In this document: positions 8,836 through 17,915 of the stretch, in pieces
Layout of the letters: the number at the start of each line of letters is the position of its first letter
How positions within the stretch are numbered: position 1 is the stretch's first letter
DNA from: Candidatus Krumholzibacteriota bacterium
GTDB taxonomy: Bacteria; Krumholzibacteriota; Krumholzibacteriia; Krumholzibacteriales; Krumholzibacteriaceae
Reading direction: 5' to 3'
DNA length: 64,000 nucleotides
Assembly: GCA_016931295.1 (NCBI GenBank)
Contig: JAFGEZ010000012.1
Span: 6,100 to 70,099 of the forward strand
Made by a program: the position numbers and the translations under genes
The notes under the pieces: model-generated
Database searches by the model: none
Told to the model about the DNA's origin: nothing
What the model saw: the letters and a program-made list of their open reading frames with translations, nothing else

Positions 8836-9735
8836 TCACATTTCCTCGAGCAGGTTTCCCTGGTTCGGCGCCGTGGCGACGCCGCGCAGCTGCGGGTAGA
8901 GCGCGATCAGCGAGGGCGGCACCTCCCGGCGGCGGTGTTCGAGCATCGCACGCAGCTGGACGGCGTTGACGAGCGCCTGGCCCCTGAAGTGGTTGTTGGC
9001 GACGATGAAGAGACGGTCGACGCGCGGGGCGACCGCGGCGGCGCGTTCGTGCCACCCGGACAGTTCCCCCTCGTCGTAGAGGTAGTCGTACCGCTCGTCC
9101 CGTGTCGACGAGGGATCGAACCAGTGCGCGCGGTTCCGTCCGTGCAGGCGGATGTAGCCGAGCCGGGGGGTCGTCGCGTGCGCGGTCGGCGGCATCGAAT
9201 CGCCGATGACCGGCTGGTCGATGTTGCAGAAGGCGAGATCACGGTCGGCGAGAAAGCCGGCGGTCTCGGGGTTGTTCCACGAGCCATGGCGCAGTTCGAC
9301 CGCGACGGGGCGGCCGGACAGGAGCGCTCCGAGACGGTCGAGGAGGTGGAGGTTGGCCGCGTCTCTCCGGAATGACCAGGGAAACTGCAGGAGCCAGGCG
9401 CCGATCCGGCCCGCCTCCTCGAGGGGCGAGAAGGCGTCGATGAACCGGCGCACGGCATCGTCGTCGGCCGTTCGCTCGTGGGTGATGGCGCGCCAGGCCT
9501 TCACCGTGAAGAGGAAACGGGGGAGATCGCCGATCCGTTCGACCCACCGCCGGACCATTTGCCTCCCCGGCACGCGGTAGAAGGAGCTGTTGAGCTCGAT
9601 GCAATCGACGTAGCGGGCGAGAAAGCGGAGACGGTCGATCGTCCGGGAGGCGGGATAGATCGGACCGATCCAGTCGGGATAGGACCAACCGGCGGTCCCG
9701 ATCCAGATCCGGTCGACGATCGGGGGAGACTCCAT
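8836..9735 (-). CDS. DUF72 (YecE-like) protein
   Basis: IGTAGWSYPDW, IELNSSFY, LLQFP, ELRHGSW, YIRLHGRN, YDYLY. Confidence 0.93.
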   Translation of the reverse strand: MESPPIVDRIWIGTAGWSYPDWIGPIYPASRTIDRLRFLARYVDCIELNSSFYRVPGRQMVRRWVERIGDLPRFLFTVKAWRAITHERTADDDAVRRFIDAFSPLEEAGRIGAWLLQFPWSFRRDAANLHLLDRLGALLSGRPVAVELRHGSWNNPETAGFLADRDLAFCNIDQPVIGDSMPPTAHATTPRLGYIRLHGRNRAHWFDPSSTRDERYDYLYDEGELSGWHERAAAVAPRVDRLFIVANNHFRGQALVNAVQLRAMLEHRRREVPPSLIALYPQLRGVATAPNQGNLLEEM

Positions 9736-9741
9736 GAGGGG

Positions 9742-9788
9742 ATCATGGGCGATTTGAACTGGAAAATCAACGGGGATTGCGATATAAC
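9742..9788. promoter_or_regulatory. overlapping divergent sigma70-type promoters
   Basis: Minus: TTGATT-17-CATGAT then 6 nt to ATG 9735. Plus: TGGAAA-17-TATAAC then 6 nt to ATG 9795. Confidence 0.45.
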
Positions 9789-9794
9789 CGGGCC

Positions 9795-11306
9795 ATGACG
9801 ACGGGCGCAGACAGCGGGCGAGATCGCGCCGTGCTCGCCGCGATCACGATCGCGGCGGCGGCGCTGCGCCTGTTCCGCCTCGATGCGCAATCGATGTGGA
9901 CGGACGAGCTCCTCTCGGTGCACGCCTGGACGACGCCGCCGGGCGTTTCCTTCGCCGTCAAGCTCCTCTGGGACGTGCACGGCCCGCTCTATTCCCTGTT
10001 CATGCATTTCTGGAGCGCCGTCTCCACCGCTCCCGCCTGGCTTCGCCTGCCGAGCGCGGCGGCGGGCACGGCCGCCGTTCCCCTCGTCCACGCATGGCTG
10101 CTGCCGATCGGCGGCAGACGCGTCGCCCGCTACGCGGCGCTCTTCCTCGCCGTCAGCCCGTTCGCCCTCTACTACGCCCAGGAGGTCCGCTTCTATTCCT
10201 TTCTCCTCCTCGCGTCGATTCTCGCCCTCATCGTCTATCGCCGGTTCGTCGAGACCCCCTCGATCCGCCGCGGCGCGCTTCTCGGGTTGAGCCTCCTCGC
10301 GGCCTGCCTCTGCCATTTCTCGGCGGGATTCCTCTGTCTCGGGCTTCTCGTCCATCTCGCGGTCACCGGCCGCCTCCGCGGGCAGGCGCTCGGCGCGGCG
10401 GCCCTCGCCGGCCTGATCGTTCTCGCCGGGATCTCGCCGTGGATCTACCGGGAGGCGCAGTTCCTGAGGACGATCAGCGTGGTGAACGTGCAGACGATCC
10501 CTGTCGAGGAGCGGTACCGGGGCGAGCTGACGCTCAGCGCGTGGGCGTACCCGTACAGTCTCTACGCCTTTTCCGTGGGGTATTCGTTCGGGCCGGGACT
10601 CCGCGATCTGCACCGGATCGAGGGGGCGGGTGCGGTCTTCGCGGCACACCGGTGGGCCATCCTGACGGTCGTTTTCCTCTTCGGCGGGCTGCTCGCGAGC
10701 GGGATCGCCCGTGCCAGGCGAGGGCCGCTGACGCTCTTCCTCTCGATCGCCGGCGCCGCTTTCGCATCGATCCTCCTCCTCACGGTACTCAACGTCAAGA
10801 TCTTCAACGTCCGGTATCTCACCAGCGCCTTTCCGGTCTTCGTCGCCCTTCTCGCGTACGGCGCGCCGCGCCGGGCGGGGGCGGTCGCGGCAGGGCTCGT
10901 CTGCGCCTGCATGCTCGTCTCGGACGCGCAGTATTTCCTCATGCCCCGATACTGGCGGGATGATATCCGGGGAGCGGCCCGCATCGTCGAGGATGCCGGC
11001 CGCGAGGGAGACCTCGTGCTGCTGCCGGGGGTGAAGGACGTCTTCGACTTCTACTACGAGGGACCGGCCGACTCGCGCGGCCTCTACCCGGGCTATCCGG
11101 GCACCGACGAGCTCGCCGGCGAGGTCCGCGACCGGCTGAGCGCGGGGGGCAGGGTCTGGCTCGTCAGGACGCGGACGTGGGAGACCGATCCGGGAGACGC
11201 CTTCCTCGAAGCCCTCGAGGGGGCGGGCGTTTCCGCCCGCCGCGACAGTCTCCCCGGCGTCGAGGTCCTCAGGTTCGACCGGGAAACGGCCCGCGGGGGC
11301 GGTTGA
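9795..11306 (+). CDS. GT-C fold membrane glycosyltransferase (PMT/ArnT-like)
   Basis: LRLFRL..QSMWTDE, HGPLY, LRLPS, SPFALYYAQEVRFY; many TM helices. Confidence 0.85.
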   Translation: MTTGADSGRDRAVLAAITIAAAALRLFRLDAQSMWTDELLSVHAWTTPPGVSFAVKLLWDVHGPLYSLFMHFWSAVSTAPAWLRLPSAAAGTAAVPLVHAWLLPIGGRRVARYAALFLAVSPFALYYAQEVRFYSFLLLASILALIVYRRFVETPSIRRGALLGLSLLAACLCHFSAGFLCLGLLVHLAVTGRLRGQALGAAALAGLIVLAGISPWIYREAQFLRTISVVNVQTIPVEERYRGELTLSAWAYPYSLYAFSVGYSFGPGLRDLHRIEGAGAVFAAHRWAILTVVFLFGGLLASGIARARRGPLTLFLSIAGAAFASILLLTVLNVKIFNVRYLTSAFPVFVALLAYGAPRRAGAVAAGLVCACMLVSDAQYFLMPRYWRDDIRGAARIVEDAGREGDLVLLPGVKDVFDFYYEGPADSRGLYPGYPGTDELAGEVRDRLSAGGRVWLVRTRTWETDPGDAFLEALEGAGVSARRDSLPGVEVLRFDRETARGGG

Positions 11307-11330
11307 CAGCCGTCCGAAGCGGGATATACT
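11303..11330 (+). promoter_or_regulatory. sigma70-type promoter
   Basis: TTGACA-16-TATACT overlapping the stop codon of the upstream gene. Confidence 0.55.
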
Positions 11331-11406
11331 CCTTACAGAAGCTCGAATTCACCGCGGGGAGGCTCGCATGGCCGGAACGTGCCCCGATCGGGAAGGTGAT
11401 GTCGCC

Positions 11407-11440
11407 GCGCCACGACGACGGGGTCGTCGTGGTGTTTTTT
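11407..11440 (+). terminator. intrinsic terminator hairpin
   Basis: CCACGACGAC-GGG-GTCGTCGTGG stem followed by TGTTTTTT. Confidence 0.7.
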
Positions 11441-11489
11441 CGCCCGACGGGAAAAAGGACCGCGCGGGTCCCGGAACGGGAGGCGGGAC

Positions 11490-11939
11490 ATGCTACGGAC
11501 ATCGATTCTGACAGTGCTTCTCGCGTCGATCGTCACGGGTTGCGGATGCGCGGGGATGTCGACCGTCGAGCGCGAGTATCTCACCGAACCGGCATCGAGG
11601 GAACAGTACCTCGTCGACCATCCGGGCTGCGCGTTCATCCGCCACATCAGGAACGGCGAGATCGTGCGGGGAATGGTCTTCGACGAGGTGATGGCCTCCT
11701 GGGGGCTGCCGAACGTCTACATGGCCTCCGAGGGCACGCCGAGGGAATACTGGATCTACTACGTACAGGGGGAGGATACGCGTTCGATCCTCATCTATAC
11801 GCTGCTCTTCCACGATTCGTGCCTCGAGCAATGGGAGATCGACCAGAAGCGCTTCGCAGACACGCGCATCGTCTCGGGGGGCGAGGCGCAAGGGATGGAA
11901 CGCGTCAACACGCTGTACCTGGACAGGAAACGCCGGTAA
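11490..11939 (+). CDS. hypothetical probable lipoprotein (SmpA/BamE-like pattern)
   Basis: GGAGG RBS; signal with VTGC; GMVFDEVMASWGLP...EYWIY. Confidence 0.6.
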   Translation: MLRTSILTVLLASIVTGCGCAGMSTVEREYLTEPASREQYLVDHPGCAFIRHIRNGEIVRGMVFDEVMASWGLPNVYMASEGTPREYWIYYVQGEDTRSILIYTLLFHDSCLEQWEIDQKRFADTRIVSGGEAQGMERVNTLYLDRKRR

Positions 11940-12027
11940 CGGCGGGGCGCCCGAACCAGACGAAACGTGAGAGAAGGGGTGTATCGATGGAGTCCGTCGG
12001 GCGCCCCCGCCTTCGGATGATTTCCAT

Positions 12028-12056
12028 TTGACTTCCCCGCCCGCCTTCACTATGCT
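12028..12056 (+). promoter_or_regulatory. sigma70-type promoter of hsp20-lon
   Basis: TTGACT-17-TATGCT. Confidence 0.6.
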
Positions 12057-12131
12057 AAACACCGAAAATCCATGAAGATACTTCACGGGCGCCCTCGATG
12101 TCGCCGACGGGACGCGCCGGACGGGTGCAGC

Positions 12132-12539
12132 ATGAAGAAACGACCGGAATTCATCGACGGTTTCGGAGCCGGCCGGGAGGGACGGCGGCGCGTGAAACTC
12201 CCCGCGGATCTCGCCTGGGAACCGGCCGTCGACATCTGCGAATCGGCGGACGAGGTGATCCTCTCCTTCGAGATCGCCGGGATGGATCCCGAACGGATCT
12301 CCGTCGAGGTCGACGGACGGATCCTCCGGATCGACGGGTTCAGGGAGAACGCCTGCCCGGCCGGCGAATTGCATTTCCACACGCTCGAGATCCGCATGGG
12401 GCGGTTCCGCAGGGAGATCGCCTTGCCCGTGTCGGTCGATCCCTCGAAGACGAATGCGCGGTACCGGAACGGGATGCTCGAGATACGGATACGGAAGCTC
12501 GATTCGAACGAGCGGGTGAGGAACGTCCCTGTGGAATAG
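12132..12539 (+). CDS. Hsp20/alpha-crystallin small heat shock protein
   Basis: WEPAVDI, EIAGMD, GRFRREIALP, ARYRNGMLEI; alternative start 12072. Confidence 0.9.
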   Translation: MKKRPEFIDGFGAGREGRRRVKLPADLAWEPAVDICESADEVILSFEIAGMDPERISVEVDGRILRIDGFRENACPAGELHFHTLEIRMGRFRREIALPVSVDPSKTNARYRNGMLEIRIRKLDSNERVRNVPVE

Positions 12540-12559
12540 GGCGTGAAGAAAGGCGAGGC

Positions 12560-14950
12560 GTGTCCGAGACGCATCCCGACAACGAGCTGATCGCGCGGAT
12601 ACCGGCCGAAGTGCCCGTCATCCCGATCAACGACGGCGTCGTCTTTCCCTACATGCTCGTTCCGCTCGTCTTGACCGACGAGCACCTGATCAGGCTCGTC
12701 GACGAGGCGCTGGCCGGATCGAAGATCGTCGGCGTCTTCACCCAGCGCAACCGCGACACCGAGCATCCGGGGCCGGGGGACATCTACCACACCGGCTGCG
12801 CCATGCTGATACAGAAGATGGCGCGGTTCCAGGACGGCCAGGTGCGGATACTCGGCCAGGGGATCGCGCGCGTGGAGATCGTCGAGATGACCGACGACAC
12901 GCCCTTCATGCGCGCGCGGGTGCGCGTCGTCCATGAGCCCGACCGAGTCTCCGACAGGACGAAGGCGATCACCAGGAACGCGACGAATGCGTTTCTCGAG
13001 GTCGTCGACGCGTCGGAGAACTACCCGGAGGAGATCAAGGGGCTCGTCCAGGGCATCAAGGACCCGGGCCGTCTCGCCGACATGCTCGCGGCGAACCTCG
13101 AGATCGGTATCGAGGAGAAGCAGCACATCCTCGAGCTCCACGATCCCGGCGAACGGATCGCGCACGTCTACGAATTCATCTCCGGGGAACTGGAGATCGC
13201 CCGCATCGGCGAGAAGATCAGGCACAACGTCCGGCAGGAGATGGACAAGGAACAGCGCGAGTACTATCTCCGGCAGCAGATCAAGGCTATCAGGAAGGAG
13301 CTCGGCGAGGAGGACGCGGCGGTCGAGCTCGACGAGCTGAAGACGGAGATCGACGAGACGCCGATGCCGGCGACGGCCCGCGAGGCGGCGCTCAAGGAAT
13401 GGCGGCGTCTCCGGAAGATGTCGACGAACTCCGCCGAGTACACCGTCGCACGCACCTATCTCGGCTGGCTGCTCGATCTGCCGTGGGAGGTGTCGACGGA
13501 GGACGCGATCGACATCCGCAAGGCGGCGAGGATACTCGACCGCGACCACTACGATCTCGCCGTGCCGAAGGAGCGGATCCTCGAGTTCCTCTCCGTGAAG
13601 ACGCTCAGCAAGAGTCTCCGCGGCTCGATACTCTGCTTCGTCGGTCCGCCGGGTGTCGGCAAGACGTCCTTCGGGCGATCCATCGCCCGGGCGATGGGAA
13701 GGCGGTTCGTGCGGATCTCCCTCGGGGGGATCCGCGACGAGGCGGAGATCCGCGGACACCGGCGCACGTACATCGGCGCCCTTCCCGGCAGGATCATCCA
13801 GGGGATCCGGACGGCGGGAAGCAACAACCCCGTCTTCATGCTCGACGAGATCGACAAGCTCGGGCACGATTTCCGCGGCGATCCCGCCTCGGCCCTTCTC
13901 GAGGTGCTCGACCCGGAGCAGAACCACAGCTTCGAGGACAATTACATCAACACGCCGTTCGACCTGTCGCGGACGATGTTCATCACGACGGCGAACGTGA
14001 CGCACACGATCCCCGGACCGCTCCTCGACCGGATGGAGATCATCGAGCTTCCCGGCTACATCACGCGCGAGAAGGTGCAGATCGCCAGGAGATTCCTCGT
14101 GCCGAGGCAGCTCGAGGAGAACGGCGTGCCCGTGAAGAAACTCGCCTTCTCAGACGGGGCGATCGCCGCGCTCGTCGAGCGGTACACGCGGGAGGCGGGC
14201 GTCCGCAATCTCGACCGGCGCATCGCGTCGGTCGCGCGGAAGGTCGCCCGCAGGATCGTCGAGGGAAAACGGGGCTCCTGGCGGGTCACGCCGCGGAACC
14301 TCACGTCCTACATCGGATCGGCGGACCACGTGGCACAGGAAAAGCTCAAGCAACCGACGGTCGGCGTGTCCACGGGGATGGCGAAGACGGCGACGGGGGG
14401 AGTGATCCTCTTCGTCGAGGCCCTCGGCGTGAAGGGCCACGGCGCGACGAAGCTGACGGGGCAGCTCGGCGACGTGATGAAGGAATCGGCCGAGGCGGCG
14501 ATGAGCTTCATCCGGGCGCACTACAGCCATTGCCTCAGGGACGACGGCTTCTTCGAGAACACCGATATCCACCTGCATATCCCCGCCGGGGCCGTTCCGA
14601 AGGACGGGCCCAGCGCGGGCGTCGCCATCGCGACGGCGATCGCGTCGCTCGCTCTCGACGATGCGATCCGCGACGACGTCGCGATGACGGGGGAGATCAC
14701 CCTCACGGGAAAGGTTCTTCCCGTCGGCGCGATCAGGGACAAGGTGATCGCGGCCCACCGGGCGGGGATCAGGGAGGTCATCCTTCCGGCGGCGAACCGC
14801 AACGACGTCGAGGACGTGCCGAGGGAGGTCACCCGCGATGTGCGGTTCCGGTTCATCGAGCGGGTCGACGACTGCATCGCGGCCGCGCTCACGGGGTCTG
14901 GATGCGGACGGCGGCCACGGAGGAGGAGACGGGCTGATGACCGATCGTGA
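12560..14950 (+). CDS. lon: ATP-dependent Lon protease
   Basis: GTG 12560; LON N-domain, GPPGVGKT, GHRRTYIGALPG, PKDGPSAG (catalytic Ser), AMTGEITLTG. Confidence 0.97.
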   Translation: MSETHPDNELIARIPAEVPVIPINDGVVFPYMLVPLVLTDEHLIRLVDEALAGSKIVGVFTQRNRDTEHPGPGDIYHTGCAMLIQKMARFQDGQVRILGQGIARVEIVEMTDDTPFMRARVRVVHEPDRVSDRTKAITRNATNAFLEVVDASENYPEEIKGLVQGIKDPGRLADMLAANLEIGIEEKQHILELHDPGERIAHVYEFISGELEIARIGEKIRHNVRQEMDKEQREYYLRQQIKAIRKELGEEDAAVELDELKTEIDETPMPATAREAALKEWRRLRKMSTNSAEYTVARTYLGWLLDLPWEVSTEDAIDIRKAARILDRDHYDLAVPKERILEFLSVKTLSKSLRGSILCFVGPPGVGKTSFGRSIARAMGRRFVRISLGGIRDEAEIRGHRRTYIGALPGRIIQGIRTAGSNNPVFMLDEIDKLGHDFRGDPASALLEVLDPEQNHSFEDNYINTPFDLSRTMFITTANVTHTIPGPLLDRMEIIELPGYITREKVQIARRFLVPRQLEENGVPVKKLAFSDGAIAALVERYTREAGVRNLDRRIASVARKVARRIVEGKRGSWRVTPRNLTSYIGSADHVAQEKLKQPTVGVSTGMAKTATGGVILFVEALGVKGHGATKLTGQLGDVMKESAEAAMSFIRAHYSHCLRDDGFFENTDIHLHIPAGAVPKDGPSAGVAIATAIASLALDDAIRDDVAMTGEITLTGKVLPVGAIRDKVIAAHRAGIREVILPAANRNDVEDVPREVTRDVRFRFIERVDDCIAAALTGSGCGRRPRRRRRADDRS

Positions 14951-16025
14951 TTCCGGGCGACATGTCGTGCCCCGGATGTTTTCCTTCATGATGAGGAAGG
15001 CGGACCGCGGGAAGGCGTTCGCGCTCCCCGCCGGCGTCGCCGAGGGACGGCTGCTCGTCGTCGGCTCGGGAGACGTCACCGACCTGCTCTTCGCCGCTCC
15101 CCTGGTCAATTTCTTCAAGCGGCGCTTTCCCGCGGTGAAGATCACCGTGCTCGCCGAGACGGCGAACGCGGCGATCGTCAGGGAGACGATGAAGGCCGAC
15201 AACCTGATCAGCGTGGAGAGCGGGCAGCTCAGGCTCTACCGGGGGGACTATCTCGCGCTCGTCAGGAAACTGCGGAAGCAAGACTACCGCACGGCGCTCC
15301 TGCTCGGCAGGGGCTTCTCGCTCGAGCGGGCGATGCTCGCCTTCGCGTCGGGCGCCGACATCCGCATCGGCTTCGACAGCCCGGCGGCGTCGCCGTTCGT
15401 CAACTGCGAGATCAGACTCTCCCCGGACGGTTACGAGGGCAACAAGATCCGCCGCGTCCTCGAGTCGATCGGCATCCCCCGAAATGACGACCTGCCGCCG
15501 GTGACCATCACGCAGCATGCCCGGGCGCACGCGAAGCAACTGATCCATTTCCGGAAGCCCGAGCGCGACACGCTCACCGTCGGACTCGATCCCGGCCGCG
15601 GCAAGAGCCGCCATCGCGTGATCAGCGAGATCGTCGCCTACCTCGCGAACAACCTCGCCGGACGCAGGAAGGCGAAATTCCTCATCCTCACCTTTCCCTG
15701 GGACGCAAGGATGGTGCAGCGGTTCGCCGCCGAGCTGAAAGGGGAGACGATCGATCTCGTGCCGGCGGACGCGGCCGAGACGATCGCCTATCTCTCCCAG
15801 TGCGACCTGTTCATCTCGGGCAATACCGACCTGTTCCATTTCGCGGCCGCCCTCGGCGTGCCGACGGTGGGTCTCTTCACCCGGTTCGACGGCGGGCGCT
15901 GGGTTCCCGGCGACGCCCCGAATGTCCGCATCTTCAAGGGAACGAGAGGCGAGAAGCTCTCGCTGAACCGGTTCTTCACGATGGTCGAAGAGGTGTTGTC
16001 CTCGGGAGCGGCCGTCTCGATCTGA
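14937..16025 (+). CDS. divergent GT9 (heptosyltransferase-like) protein
   Basis: DLLFAAPL, HFAAALGVPTVGLF; overlaps the lon stop. Confidence 0.75.
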   Translation: MTDRDSGRHVVPRMFSFMMRKADRGKAFALPAGVAEGRLLVVGSGDVTDLLFAAPLVNFFKRRFPAVKITVLAETANAAIVRETMKADNLISVESGQLRLYRGDYLALVRKLRKQDYRTALLLGRGFSLERAMLAFASGADIRIGFDSPAASPFVNCEIRLSPDGYEGNKIRRVLESIGIPRNDDLPPVTITQHARAHAKQLIHFRKPERDTLTVGLDPGRGKSRHRVISEIVAYLANNLAGRRKAKFLILTFPWDARMVQRFAAELKGETIDLVPADAAETIAYLSQCDLFISGNTDLFHFAAALGVPTVGLFTRFDGGRWVPGDAPNVRIFKGTRGEKLSLNRFFTMVEEVLSSGAAVSI

Positions 16026-16049
16026 GCGTCTCCGAGCGAGAGGTCTTTC

Positions 16050-17915
16050 ATGCCGGAACAGCGTCCCGGACGTCTCTACATCAAACTCTTGCGTTATCTG
16101 GGACCGCACTGGAAACGCCTCGTCGTGCTCTTCGTCTGCACGACCGTCTTCGCCTCCCTGAGCGGGGTCTCGCTCACGCTGATTCCGCCCTTTCTCAACA
16201 TCCTCTTCGGGACGGAGCCGGCGATCGAGCAGACGACCGGGGAGCCGGGGGCGGAGAAAGCGGCCGACCGACTCGTGCCCGACGCCGTCGAAAGCCGGCT
16301 CGACCACCTGAAACAGGCGGCCCGGCGCTTCGTCTACTCCGGCACGCAGACCGAGCGACTCGCCAGGTTCTGCATCATCTTCTTCCTGCTCATGGTGGCG
16401 AAGAACCTCTTCGGCTACGTGGGGACCTATCTCACGCTCTGGCTCGAGCAGTCGATCCTGCGGACGATACGAAACGATCTCTACGGCAGGATACAGGCGC
16501 TGCCGATGGCCTTCTTCGACCTCCAGCGGACGGGCCACCTGATCTCGCGGATCACGAACGACGTGACGAGCCTGCGGGGCGTCGTCGTCGGGGGGCTCGC
16601 CTCCATCGTCAGGAACACCCTGATGACGGCGATCGCCGTGGCGATCATCTTCTACACCTCCTGGCGCCTGGCGTTGCTGACGATCGTGCTCGTGCCGGTG
16701 AACATCGGTCTCATCGCGATCATCGGGCGCAAGCTCCGCAAGGGAAGCCGCCGCGCGCAGGAGAGCATGGCCGACATGACGGCGACGCTGCAGGAGACGA
16801 TCTCGGGGGTCCGGGTGGTCAAGGCCTTCGGCATGGAGGGCTTCGAGCGGGAGAAGTTCGCATTCTTCAACCGGAAATACTGGCGCGAGTATCTCAAGAT
16901 GCGGCGCTTCGCGGAACTCGCCTCGCCGACGAGCGAGACGCTCGGCATGCTCGCGGCCGTCGTCATACTCTGGTACGGGGGGAAGCTCGTCATCGCCGGC
17001 GGCATCGAACCGGCCAACCTCATGATGTTCATCGGGGCGATGCTCTGGGTCGTCACCCCGATCAAGAACCTCTCGAAGCTGAACAGCGTCATCCAGGAAG
17101 GCCTCGCCTCCGCCGCTCGCGTCTTCGAGATCCTCGAATACGAGACGGAAGACGGCGAGGACGGCGCCCGCGAGATCGGGGGCGTCTCGGAGGAAATCGA
17201 GTACCGGGACGTCTGCTTTTCCTACGGGGAGGGGACGCCGGTGCTGCGGGACGTGAGCTTCCGGGTTCGCCGGGGCGAGGTCGTCGCCCTCGTCGGCGCG
17301 AGCGGCGCGGGCAAGTCGACCGTCGCCGACCTGCTTCCCCGGTTCTACCGCCCGACGTCGGGTCGCGTGCTGATCGACGGGATCGACATCGCCGATGCCC
17401 GTCTCGCATCGCTCAGGTCGTTCATGGGGATCGTCACGCAGGAGACGATCCTCTTCAACGACACGGTGTTCAACAACATCGCCTACGGGGTCTCCTCCTG
17501 CCCGCGGGCCGACGTCGAGCGGGCCGCGCGCGCCGCCAACGCGCACGAATTCATCGAGGCGATGCCCTGCGGCTACGACACCGTCATCGGCGACCGCGGC
17601 ATCCAGCTGTCCGGCGGCCAGCGGCAGCGCCTCGCGATCGCCCGGGCGCTGCTCAAGGATCCGCAGCTTCTGATTCTCGACGAGGCCACGAGCTCGCTGG
17701 ACGTCGAGAGCGAGGCGCTCGTCCAGGAGGCGATCGACCGTCTCGTCAGGGGCAGGACGACGCTCGTCATCGCGCATCGACTCTCGACGATCAAGAATGC
17801 CGACCGGATCGTCGTTCTCGAAGATGGCCGCATCAAGCAGGTCGGCACGCACGAGGAGCTGATCGGTGCGGACGGGATATATCGCAAGCTCTACCGACTG
17901 CAGACCGGGGCGTGA
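16050..17915 (+). CDS. msbA: lipid A export ABC transporter permease/ATPase
   Basis: TMD+NBD half transporter, GASGAGKST, LSGGQRQR, LDEATS; LPS operon context. Confidence 0.85.
   Translation: MPEQRPGRLYIKLLRYLGPHWKRLVVLFVCTTVFASLSGVSLTLIPPFLNILFGTEPAIEQTTGEPGAEKAADRLVPDAVESRLDHLKQAARRFVYSGTQTERLARFCIIFFLLMVAKNLFGYVGTYLTLWLEQSILRTIRNDLYGRIQALPMAFFDLQRTGHLISRITNDVTSLRGVVVGGLASIVRNTLMTAIAVAIIFYTSWRLALLTIVLVPVNIGLIAIIGRKLRKGSRRAQESMADMTATLQETISGVRVVKAFGMEGFEREKFAFFNRKYWREYLKMRRFAELASPTSETLGMLAAVVILWYGGKLVIAGGIEPANLMMFIGAMLWVVTPIKNLSKLNSVIQEGLASAARVFEILEYETEDGEDGAREIGGVSEEIEYRDVCFSYGEGTPVLRDVSFRVRRGEVVALVGASGAGKSTVADLLPRFYRPTSGRVLIDGIDIADARLASLRSFMGIVTQETILFNDTVFNNIAYGVSSCPRADVERAARAANAHEFIEAMPCGYDTVIGDRGIQLSGGQRQRLAIARALLKDPQLLILDEATSSLDVESEALVQEAIDRLVRGRTTLVIAHRLSTIKNADRIVVLEDGRIKQVGTHEELIGADGIYRKLYRLQTGA

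Noticed and set aside
11955..11996. Hammerhead-ribozyme-like words (GACGAAAC, GATGGAGTCCG)
   Set aside because: The CUGANGA core is absent and stems I and III cannot be formed.
12098..12559. 154-aa N-terminal extension on Lon in the ORF track
   Set aside because: It overlaps hsp20 out of frame and is Arg/Gly-rich noise; GTG 12560 has an RBS and starts the Lon N-domain.
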